From assembly GCA_963779615.1 (NCBI GenBank), contig CAVZZA010000005.1, positions 768,001-832,000 on the forward strand: a stretch of DNA of 64,000 bases. The letters are read 5' to 3'. This document shows, one piece after another, positions 54,591-64,000 of the stretch. Below the pieces are notes generated by a model. That model was not told the origin of the DNA. It did not search any database and saw only the letters and a program-made list of their open reading frames with translations. Position 1 is the first letter of the stretch; each line of letters opens with the position of its first letter. Position numbers and translations under genes: made by a program. The stretch is from an uncultured Nitrososphaeraceae archaeon (lineage in GTDB: Archaea > Thermoproteota > Nitrososphaeria > Nitrososphaerales > Nitrososphaeraceae).

Positions 54591-54670
54591 TTTTGGATCA
54601 CTTTAGTCAATTTCTCCTTCTTTGTTTACACGGCAATGGGCAAGGATATGTGTGTGTATTCTTGTTATCA

Positions 54671-56815
54671 TTAAGCAGAATCAATTCCATCATCATCCAA
54701 AAGAGAAATGTCTTCTTTGCCTGTTGTCGAATTGCCAGCATCCCGAGACAGCTTATCTTTCCTTCTTCTTCGCATTCTTAACAAAAATACAAGGAGAACC
54801 ATTAAGACAGCAGATATGGAGGCAGCAAATAATATGTCCATCTTGTCAATTCCAAAGATACTTTGGTTTTTATTTTCCAAATCCTGCACAGTTGGCTTAT
54901 AGCTAACCGTGTGGTTTAATATCAACTCATGGGAATTTCTCAAATTATCTTTGTAACTCACTTTGATACTGACAGGATATGCGCCTCCAGGCATATTTTT
55001 AGTAATGTTTATCGGAATGCTAAAGGGCAATGGTGAATTTTCCGTTAGGTCTCCCAGATACTGTGAGGGCGGAATATTGGATATCAACTGTATTTTGCTT
55101 TTATCCATTTGCCTTTGAGAGTTAACTTGTTTTTCTAAAGACGGGGAAGCGGATGGCAATGCCTTGTCAGATGGATATTCAGGCGCGCCACCAGATAAGC
55201 CAGGGATCACAATCTGAACTCTAGTAAAGAATGCCATTGTGTTTCCCTCGTTTAACAGGTTGCCACCCAAATTAGGAACACCACCTATTTCGTTTACAGA
55301 AACATCATAGGACGTTACCCTCACCTGACCTTCCACATATGCACCCAGGTTTACGGAATCTGTTCTGGTCTTTCCACCTAACACATAATCAGCATCTAGT
55401 GTAAAAGTAACAGGCTTGTTTATCATGTCCTCTGCTGCAAAAACTAAGACGGACAGTTCTTTATCCACTTTAGAAGGGAAAAGAGGAAATGCCCATCTTG
55501 AGCTTCCAAGAATCTTGACAGAGTCAGATGGCGAGGAAAGTGAAATAACCGCATCTGTTAGCGCCTCATCACCATTATTATGCACTGCAAATTGCATGTT
55601 TTCTATCTTTCCAGATTTAACAATAATTGATTTGTTTTCATCACTATTGTTTGCGCCAACAATGTTTTTATCGTCACCATCTTCATTTGACTCTGAAATT
55701 GGTTTTTTTGGCAAAACGCTCAAGACAGATTCGGGTGCATTTGGGGAAACAATCAGGCCAATGGAGGCATCCAGTGATTTTCTATTGCCATAGGCATCAT
55801 TGTAAGTAATCTGCAGGTTTAATGTTTGAATCGTCCCCCCAGCGCTATAATCCACATATATCATCGGGTTTATTGTTGTCAGGCTATTTGCATGGATAGT
55901 CCCCATGTCAAAGGTTGTTGCTTGCAAAGTAGTCAGGCCCGGATTTCCGTTGCTGGTGTCATTGAATCCCTGTTTGTTTGAAGTCTCCGATTTTGTGTTG
56001 GAGTTATTTTTGTTCTCTAATTGCGCACCATTGAATTTTGAGTTGTTACCGTTTTTATCACTAATGCCAGCATTTTCCTCACCACTCTTTACACTGTCTA
56101 TGTTCGTAATTGCGCCTCCGCTTAAATTAGTTATACTTGCCACAGCCCCGCTTGCGTCAGCGGATCCTTTGTTTTTTATAGCTATGGCTATTTTGTTTGG
56201 AAAGCCTGTAGTCAGGTTTTGTGTGAGGGATGTGGTATCAAGAATAACTTTTCCCGTGACTCTAAAGGGTATATCCATCTTTGATGAAATTTGCCCAGTT
56301 TCTTGAACTTTTGAATACAGCAGGTTCAAATTTGACAGATAGGATCCCACTGTTGCGTTTTTCAACACATCAACGGTAAAAAACAAAGGAAAGCTTTGTC
56401 CAGGTTTTACCACAGCGTTGTAACTAGCTACAGAGGTATTTTCAGAGGTAACATTGTTTTCACCTTTGATTGACCTAAATTCAGGTGGAAGGTCTAAAAA
56501 CCCTTTTAATCCTGTAATGTCAGACCTGCCGGTGTTCACCAATATAACCGCCAATTTAGAAGGGCCATCCCCTGGGCCAACCTCTATCCTCATGGGATTT
56601 GTCAAATCGGTCGATGATGGGTTTGCAGAGGGGTTATCTGTCCAATAGGAATCAAGGAACGCAGGGCTTTTATCATCAGATGATGACAGGAACTGGCCAT
56701 ACACATTTGGCATATACAAAAACAAATGATTATTAAAACCATTCAAAACTGCAAAACAAGATAACGATATAGAAATAAACAAAAGTGAGTAATTTAGGAA
56801 ACTGGCGGTATTCAT
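54671..56815 (-). CDS. COG1361 S-layer-domain / Ig-like membrane-anchored protein
   Basis: Signal peptide, repeated N-x-G beta-sandwich modules, YLGDL..NSPLPFSIP, C-terminal TM followed by RMRRRRK. Confidence 0.75.
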   Translation of the reverse strand: MNTASFLNYSLLFISISLSCFAVLNGFNNHLFLYMPNVYGQFLSSSDDKSPAFLDSYWTDNPSANPSSTDLTNPMRIEVGPGDGPSKLAVILVNTGRSDITGLKGFLDLPPEFRSIKGENNVTSENTSVASYNAVVKPGQSFPLFFTVDVLKNATVGSYLSNLNLLYSKVQETGQISSKMDIPFRVTGKVILDTTSLTQNLTTGFPNKIAIAIKNKGSADASGAVASITNLSGGAITNIDSVKSGEENAGISDKNGNNSKFNGAQLENKNNSNTKSETSNKQGFNDTSNGNPGLTTLQATTFDMGTIHANSLTTINPMIYVDYSAGGTIQTLNLQITYNDAYGNRKSLDASIGLIVSPNAPESVLSVLPKKPISESNEDGDDKNIVGANNSDENKSIIVKSGKIENMQFAVHNNGDEALTDAVISLSSPSDSVKILGSSRWAFPLFPSKVDKELSVLVFAAEDMINKPVTFTLDADYVLGGKTRTDSVNLGAYVEGQVRVTSYDVSVNEIGGVPNLGGNLLNEGNTMAFFTRVQIVIPGLSGGAPEYPSDKALPSASPSLEKQVNSQRQMDKSKIQLISNIPPSQYLGDLTENSPLPFSIPINITKNMPGGAYPVSIKVSYKDNLRNSHELILNHTVSYKPTVQDLENKNQSIFGIDKMDILFAASISAVLMVLLVFLLRMRRRRKDKLSRDAGNSTTGKEDISLLDDDGIDSA

Positions 56816-56883
56816 AAAAATTGTCCCTTTTTAGTATTGATGCCTGATTTGGAGTTATTAATGTATTGTAAATCAATCTCACA

Positions 56884-57648
56884 TCATGCTTTATTTAAGT
56901 TTGTTGTTTGCTTTTCAACTTTACCATCTCTAATGAACACTGTTCTATCGGTTTCAGCTGCAAGCTCTGGGTTATGAGTTACAAAGATTATTGTTCTCTT
57001 GTATTTTCGGACCAGAACCTTTAACAAATCAAAGACTTCTCGCCCTGTTTTGGTATCCAAGTTCCCGGTTGGTTCGTCGGCCAGGATTATTGTGGGGTTG
57101 TTAATAAGTGCTCTTGCAATAGCGACTCTTTGCTGCTGTCCGCCACTAAGGCTTGTAGGCTTTTGGTCTGCTTTATTTTTAATTCCCAATATCTCCAGTA
57201 GTCTGAGTGATCGGCGGTGCCTTTCCCCGTCTTTTAACCCTGCAATAATTGCGGGAATTTCAATGTTTTTTTGCACTGTTGTCCTGTTGATTAAATTAAA
57301 TGACTGAAAAATAAATCCAATTAACTTGTTTCTCATGTCTGCAATTTCTGCGTTGCGAAGAGCAAAGATATCTATGCCGTTGATATAGATTTTGCCTGAG
57401 GTCGGCCTATCCAAAGCTCCCAAAATGTTCAGCAAAGTGGATTTTCCGCTGCCAGAAGGTCCTACTACCGAAACAAACTCGCCTTTTTTTACCAAAAAAT
57501 TAATTCCTTTTAGAGCAACAAACTTTCCAGAAGAAGAGTAAAAAACTTTGGATAGGTTTTTTACATCCATTGCTATTGAATCAATTGGTATATTGCCAGG
57601 TGAGTGAGGCAAACCAATGGACTCATTGTCTCCCATAGGTTTTGCCAT
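56884..57648 (-). CDS. ABC ATP-binding protein (LolD/MacB-like)
   Basis: GPSGSGKST, IGFIFQSFNL, LSGGQQQR, ADEPTGNLD, VTH. Confidence 0.96.
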   Translation of the reverse strand: MAKPMGDNESIGLPHSPGNIPIDSIAMDVKNLSKVFYSSSGKFVALKGINFLVKKGEFVSVVGPSGSGKSTLLNILGALDRPTSGKIYINGIDIFALRNAEIADMRNKLIGFIFQSFNLINRTTVQKNIEIPAIIAGLKDGERHRRSLRLLEILGIKNKADQKPTSLSGGQQQRVAIARALINNPTIILADEPTGNLDTKTGREVFDLLKVLVRKYKRTIIFVTHNPELAAETDRTVFIRDGKVEKQTTNLNKA

Positions 57649-57737
57649 AGCTAATCCATTTCAAAATGATATCCTTGTTAATATCACCATTACAAAGTGT
57701 TCTCCGTCATTAATTTATTCGACGCGTCATCAACACA

Positions 57738-58409
57738 CTAACTTCCATTCTGTATCTCTTCACAATTTCCTGCGGAGTCATCACCATCGGTTAAATTAAA
57801 ATCGATTACCACATCCACTCCTTCACCACAGTCAAAATAATCGCTCCCTAGATCTCCAACAAGAATATCATCCCCAACATCACCATATAACTTGTCGTTT
57901 CCTTGATCGCCCACCAGATAGTCATCATCCACTCCACCAGCCATAATGTCATCACCATCGCCACCATAAAGCTGATCACTACCAGTACCTCCTTGAACAA
58001 CATCATTGCCTGCTTCACCATATAGCTGGTCTGCGCCTTCGTTTCCTTGAATTTTGTCGTTTCCTCCTAACCCGTGAATACTGTCAGAGCCGTCAAGTGC
58101 GACGATTATATTATCACGCGGGGTACCGCTAATCCTGTCGTTTCCAAAAGAACCCATTATAAAATTTTCCAAAGATTTGGTGGTTGAATTTGTCAAAGGC
58201 TGCTGTGGTTGTGGCGAGTTTCTGTTGATGGAAAGTGATGAGGTATTGTCGATTGTTGTTGCGGTAATAGTCTGAGCTTGGACTTTTGTTTCTTTCATAA
58301 AACCAATATAGGCGAATGACACAGCAAAGCCAAATACTATAACTAACAGCAAAGCATAAACAATTGGTTGATTGTTATTGTCAAACCGGCCCCAATTATA
58401 AAATTTCAA
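57738..58409 (-). CDS. RTX/hemolysin-type calcium-binding repeat protein
   Basis: N-terminal TM/signal; many GGxGxDxLx nonapeptides; DCGEGVD...NCE end. Confidence 0.88.
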   Translation of the reverse strand: MKFYNWGRFDNNNQPIVYALLLVIVFGFAVSFAYIGFMKETKVQAQTITATTIDNTSSLSINRNSPQPQQPLTNSTTKSLENFIMGSFGNDRISGTPRDNIIVALDGSDSIHGLGGNDKIQGNEGADQLYGEAGNDVVQGGTGSDQLYGGDGDDIMAGGVDDDYLVGDQGNDKLYGDVGDDILVGDLGSDYFDCGEGVDVVIDFNLTDGDDSAGNCEEIQNGS

Positions 58410-59374
58410 TTAAGCAAGATATGCAAAAATAATTAATAAATTTTCCCTATAAGAATTTTTAATTGGGATGATTCAATTGACAAATGAATGTAAAACTACA
58501 TATTTAATTCAAAATCCTCTTTTTAAAAAAAAGTCATAATTGTTTATACCCAATGCATTTGAACCAGGCAAAAAATAATTAAAGTATTGAAGTATGTTCC
58601 CTATTTGAAAGCTAGTGTATAATTTGACTGTTATCCTTTACTAATACTTATATACAATATGCCGGTTTCACAATCACCAACAAACAGTTTGTGCCAGCCA
58701 GTTAATCATTTAGCAGGGGTTTCCACCTGGCTTGAACATGCAATAAGAAAACCATAACTTTTTAAATCACCATAAGCCAGGAATAAGAAATTGACAATAT
58801 CAATAGCTGGGCAATGAAATAAAGGAATCAAGAAAAAAGGAGGCTATGGACAAAATATTTCGGATTGAAGCTATAAACAGGCCTCGTGTTTTTAGGCAGT
58901 ATGGCTTTCACATAACCTCAAATCCCCTAAAAACTCGAAAGGTTTTCCTAACCTTACATTTTCTTAAAAATGTGCACTTCGACATCAGCAAACACAATAG
59001 TCTGGATTAAAAAAGTCAAAAGGAAAGTGAGAAATACAATTTATAAAGTTAACAGGTAACGGTCAGCAATTGTAATGAAATTCATTACCAACAATATAAC
59101 ACATTTTAAACATGTGAAGAAAGAATATCATGATATAAGATAGGGTTTTGTTAATAAACAACACGTGACATGAAGCTATTTTTATGAATCACATGCGAAC
59201 TAGATAAGTTCAACGTCAAGTCATGTCATTTTACTCGTCATAACTTGACATTGTTTACAAGCTAAAAACATAACACCGATTAACATGAGATGCCATGTTG
59301 TCTTGTTTATCTGCACGACAATCTATAACTTATTTTTTAAGGCAGAGGGAGTATTTTGTAAATTTAACAAAATA

Positions 59375-60033
59375 CTATGCATTCACTATTTCGCAATTTC
59401 CTGATATGGTGTCTCCTTGTGATGCACTATAATCAAGTACTGTATCTGTTCCCGCACCGCAATCAAATTGATCTGCCCCTTTCCCACCTTGCAAAATGTC
59501 ATTGTTTTCATCACCAAACAATCTATCATTTCCATCACCACCAGACAAAAAATCCTCGTTTACTCCACCTACCACAACATCATTTCCGCTGCCCCCATCT
59601 ATTCTGTCCTTACCAGCGTTTCCTTGAAGTATATCATCACCGGCCTGACCGAATATCGTGTCATCACCATTACTACCGGACACCAGATCATCAGAACTTT
59701 TTGCATATACTGTAGTGGCTGAACTTGGAGTCAAACCACCAGTACCTACCCTCTAAAACAAAAATAGTGTCAGCATGGTTGGTTCCATAAATAACCCCAT
59801 TTGACGAACAGGTAATAGTATTACTGTTACCTGGACTATCCGGGCAGTTACTCATATCCCCAAAGTTATGGTTATCGGTTTTGATTGTGGGAAGTTTGCC
59901 TTGTACAAAAAGGATCATTGAATCCAAAAAAGGTACTTTTAACAGTTATTAATAACAGGAGTAAGCATCCTACAAGAATAAACCTTTGCATTGATTTTTT
60001 TTTATCACCATGTGGGATTCTTGCATTATTCAT
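59375..60033 (-). pseudogene. Second RTX calcium-binding protein with two apparent frameshifts
   Basis: MNNARIPHGDKKKSMQRFILVGCLLLLL signal, shifts near 59910 (T run) and 59750 (G run), then GGxGxD repeats ending DCGAGTD...NCE. Confidence 0.7.
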
Positions 60034-60775
60034 ATGTATATTGACTCCTCTTACTCATTAATGGAAATCGGACAAAACACTCTAGTTACAGATGCCATCA
60101 AATTAGAATTAAAATTAAAATTATTATTATAACAATAACGTTGTTTATTCATATACATACACTCACTATAAATTCACAACCATATAATATAAAGATAATA
60201 TAACAAGATTCTATCTAAATTATCAATAAGTAGTAAACCTTATTTTCAGATTCATTCGATAACCTCCAAAGACACAATAATTTTTGGACATCATCAGCAA
60301 TTGATAACTGAAAAACATGATTTTATTTTTGTCAATAGCAAACAAAAAGAAAACATTCACGACGGGACAAGCATCCAACAGCACAACCTATAGTTAATAC
60401 GCACATGGAAAACATTCCATCCCAAAGTCAGCAATTTTTACTCAATTACAGGACATGGAATTTTAGTAAACATGCCAAACATATAATGACCTTTTCGAAA
60501 AAGTGTTCATTTTTGAGTGGCTGGAATGATATAATTCAAAAATGAATGGCATAAGGAGTTGGTATCGGTATTGCACATGTTTAAGGTAATCACTAAAAAC
60601 ATTCGCCGCCTTTTGCACTAGTTTGGTTTGTAAAGCAACTACTATAATAGGAGTAATAAACAAATGAATGAATCTTTTAGCAGATTCTAAATTCTTTTAT
60701 TGCTTTTTTATTGTTGTTGTTGTGATGTAGCCTGTAGTGGTGTTGCTGGTAGAGGCAGATGCGTTAATGTTTGAA

Positions 60776-61351
60776 TTATTTGCATCTAACTGCTGCTGTC
60801 AGTTGTCTTGAGTTTTGCTCAAATGTTTTTGCCGTGTTTACGCCCATGTTTGACAGGTGCTTTGAGTTGTCCTTTGCCTGTTGCATCACTGTTTTCCATG
60901 AGTCCAGGTTTGAGAATATCATGTTGTTTGTGAGTCTGATTGCTGACACTGTGTTGTCCGCTACATTGCTGACAAACCTTGCGTATGCCTTGGTTGCTGC
61001 GTCAGGGGATGAGAACCTTGTTACTAACCCGTTAAAGCTTTCGCTGTATGGGGCCCATGCTGATTGGAGTGAGCTGATGATCTCCTTTTGTGAGTCGATG
61101 TAATCCTCTGAAACCTCTTTTGCGGTTTGGAGTGATTGCTCCTGGTAGCTGTTCACGATGTTGTTGATTCGTGGAATCTGGTTCTTTGATTCGTCCAATG
61201 ATTTTCTGATGTTGTCCTTTGCCTCGTCAAGTGACCTGTTGACTGACTCTTTGAAATCATTGTTATTGTTGTTATTGTTAAAATTGTTATTTTGGTTATT
61301 GGTGTTATATGAGTAACTTTCATTTGTTTCTGTTTTCTTTGACATCACCAT
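60776..61351 (-). CDS. Conserved Nitrososphaeraceae amphipathic helical protein (phasin-like)
   Basis: SVNRSLDEAKDNIRKS..QIP...YQEQ...YIDSQKEII.S.QSAW; likely true stop at 60697 after a small indel. Confidence 0.65.
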   Translation of the reverse strand: MVMSKKTETNESYSYNTNNQNNNFNNNNNNNDFKESVNRSLDEAKDNIRKSLDESKNQIPRINNIVNSYQEQSLQTAKEVSEDYIDSQKEIISSLQSAWAPYSESFNGLVTRFSSPDAATKAYARFVSNVADNTVSAIRLTNNMIFSNLDSWKTVMQQAKDNSKHLSNMGVNTAKTFEQNSRQLTAAVRCK

Positions 61352-61496
61352 CTGTTGGTGGGCATCCTATATAAAGGGTGGTATCAAACGGTTTTTAATG
61401 CCAATTATTTACAGAAGGGTGGCCAACTGCAGGTGGAGAAACGGCGATGGCAGCATCACCGTAACCTTGACCATGCAAACCAACAGCATAATCTGG

Positions 61497-62678
61497 TCAT
61501 CTACCTTTATCTTTGACTGGCGTAGACGATTTTCGGTATGGGATAACCCAAATTTGCACTACAGCCACAAGCATTACAGTCAAAATAACAGTAGCGGGCG
61601 TGGAGGTATGTGTTTCAAAAATGAAGTTCAGAATAGGTTTTCCAGGTTGTGTTATACGTAAACGTATGAATTTGTTAGTAATTAGCCATTTGAAGAGGGG
61701 GAACAATACTTGAACCCTGTTATTTCCCCAGTCTGTTACGTACACATTGCCAGAAGAATCAAGGGCAATACCGGATGGATTATCAAACTGCCCATCGCCT
61801 GTGCCTTCTGAACCCCACTTGGTGATGAATGTACCGTTGCTGTCAAACTTTTGTATTTGGTTGTTAAACAAATCTGCTACATACACGTTATCAGAAGAAT
61901 CCATAGATATGGCTTCCAGACCATAGAACTGCCCATCGCCTGTGCCTTCTGAACCCCAATTGGTGATGAATTTGCCGTTGCTGTCAAACTTTTGTATCCG
62001 GTTATTATTAGAATCAGCTACATACACATTGCCAGAAGAATCAAGGGCAATACCGGATGGATTCTGAAACTGCCCATCGCCCGTGCCTTCTGAACCCCAC
62101 TTGGTGATGAAGTTACCGTTGCTGTCAAACTTTTGTATCCGGTTATTGTAATACTCAACTACATACACATTGCCAGAAGAATCAAGGGCAATACCGGATG
62201 GATTCTGAAACTGCCCATCGCCCGTGCCTTCTGAACCCCACTTGGTGATGAAGGTACCGTTGCTGTCAAACTTTTGAATATTGTCATTTTCCCAGTCTCC
62301 TGCATACACATTGCCTGAAGAACCTATAGCGATGCCTCTAAGCCCATAGAACTGCCCATCGCCCGTGCCTTCTGAACCCCACTTAGTGATGAATTTGCCG
62401 TTGCTGTCAAACTTTTGTATCCGGTTATTATTAGAATCAGCTACATACACATTGCCAGAAGAATCAAGGGCAATACCTCGAGGTCTCTCAAACTGCCCAT
62501 CGCCTGTACCACTAGAACCCCATTTTTTTACAAAATGATAGGTTTGGTCGGAAGATGATAGATTTGTTGGCGTTTGAGCCAGAACTTTATCTTGGATAAG
62601 AACAATAATTGTAAAAGATGCTATTGAAAATAATATTATTATCTTCATTAAAGAAATAGATAAATCCGATCTTTTCAT
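61497..62678 (-). CDS. Secreted NHL-repeat six-bladed beta-propeller
   Basis: Signal peptide; six 47-aa repeats WGSEGTGDGQF..P.GIA.DSSGNVYV.D..N.RIQKFDSNG; tail after RVQV may be frameshifted read-through. Confidence 0.92.
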   Translation of the reverse strand: MKRSDLSISLMKIIILFSIASFTIIVLIQDKVLAQTPTNLSSSDQTYHFVKKWGSSGTGDGQFERPRGIALDSSGNVYVADSNNNRIQKFDSNGKFITKWGSEGTGDGQFYGLRGIAIGSSGNVYAGDWENDNIQKFDSNGTFITKWGSEGTGDGQFQNPSGIALDSSGNVYVVEYYNNRIQKFDSNGNFITKWGSEGTGDGQFQNPSGIALDSSGNVYVADSNNNRIQKFDSNGKFITNWGSEGTGDGQFYGLEAISMDSSDNVYVADLFNNQIQKFDSNGTFITKWGSEGTGDGQFDNPSGIALDSSGNVYVTDWGNNRVQVLFPLFKWLITNKFIRLRITQPGKPILNFIFETHTSTPATVILTVMLVAVVQIWVIPYRKSSTPVKDKGR

Positions 62679-63527
62679 TCGTATATCCGTTTTCTTTATA
62701 TCAGACAGCCTTTTAAATATGAATTAGAATCATTTATTCAACATAGCACATTATTCGGATAAACTAAAACATTAGCAAGATCATGATGACGCTTTCTGAT
62801 TGGCTTTGAATCATAAATTCAGAAGGTGTACCTGGTCGTCAATCCCAACCATGCTGTTGCGCCCAATTCTTAAAAATTATTAAAAATTATTCCATCCCTT
62901 TATTTTTGCCTAGATTGTGTATTAAATATTTTCCGCATCATATGCTGCATTTATTACAATCTTGTATTTGTCGCTCTTAAAATCGTTAGGAGCAGTTGTT
63001 TTAAATTTACAGGCAATCAAACACTCAAAGCATCTCTCATTTTCAATGGTTTTGATTTTGTCTCTCGCATTTTTTTGTCAATATCTATATTCTTTTGATT
63101 TTTGTCTACAAGGCATATACACCAATGGACTTGAATTCACTATGTTCGACCTCACCTTGGCATAACTAAAGGAGGAGTATTTACGATCTTTTCAATTCCC
63201 GTCTTCCAAGTGTTGTTTATGCAAGTGGTCGGGTGAGCTATTGCTTTGTGCCTATAGGCTGTGCCACTGCAATCTGTCCCGTATCAGGGTATGCAAGTGA
63301 CTGGCATGTAATTGCTCAGGCTATACTTGAACCGCGCCGGTCGCCTCATCTGACACTTGCGTGCCCACTCCACCGCAGGTGGCATTCGCGTTATGGATGT
63401 GACAGACCCTTTTATACCATCCAACCATAGATTAGGTCTGCCCCCTTGCTTGTAGGCGTCCTCAGTATATGCAGCAAAAGTACCTAACATCTTTGCAAAC
63501 AAAGTCTACCGTCACGATCAGAACACC

Positions 63528-64000
63528 ATGAATAGGCTGGAAGGGAAAGTTGCGGTAATAACAGGCGGAAACAGCGGCATTGGCCTTGCCACGGCCAAGC
63601 GGTTCGTGGAGGAGGGCGTCCATGTTTTCATCACAGGCCACCGCCAAGACGAGATTGATGCAGCAGTCATGCGAATAGGCAAAAGCATCACCGGTGTCCA
63701 TGGGGGACGTTAAACCTTGCGGACCTTGACATGCGGTATGCCACGGTGAAGGAACAGAAGGGCCACATGGACATCCTGTTCGCCAACTCCGGCATTGGGG
63801 AAGTGGCAACACTGGGGGATATCACTGAAGCCCACTTTGACAAAGTCTTCGGCATCAACGTCAAAGGGCTTTTGTTCACCGTGCAAAAGGCGCTTCCGCT
63901 GTTTCAGGGTGGGGGCAATGGTGGCGGTGGTGGCGGCGGTTCCATCATTTTGAATGCCTCGGTGGCCGCATCCAAGGGGGTCGGAGGGTTTAGTGCCTAC
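63528..64000 (+). pseudogene. SDR oxidoreductase, frameshifted near 63705 and truncated by the window end
   Basis: [14 protein letters not shown], then in another frame NLADLD..DILFANSG..NVKGLLFTVQKALP..GSIILNAS..FSAY. Confidence 0.85.

Noticed and set aside
61720-62530. 141-bp near-identical repeats
   Set aside because: Fully explained by the NHL propeller blades

Overview
AT-rich archaeal DNA whose gene content and repeat style point to an ammonia-oxidising archaeon of the Nitrososphaeraceae, probably Nitrosocosmicus-like (inference). Bases 1-15.4 kb are mostly core genes: a polytopic membrane protein, prpB-like lyase, the archaeal CoA operon (pantoate kinase, phosphopantothenate synthetase, panB, coaBC), an AbrB-PhoU regulator, ino1, NreA and a coupled Zn-ADH/ALDH pair. 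From about 15.5 kb the window is accessory and gene-sparse. It holds many redox enzymes (two more ADHs, SDRs, cytochrome P450, MOSC, a Rieske-fused His-rich helical protein, a PQQ dehydrogenase-cupredoxin fusion, an epoxide-hydrolase-like enzyme and a broken flavin monooxygenase). It also holds a DinG-like helicase followed by an unannotated KptA/Tpt1 pseudogene, IS5/IS630/IS6 remnants, small stress proteins, secreted repeat proteins, and a same-strand RTX + ABC ATPase + COG1361 + permease cluster. Several single-base frameshifts lie in homopolymers or repeats and may be assembly errors. No rRNA, tRNA or CRISPR array was recognised. All family assignments come from motif recognition, not database searches.
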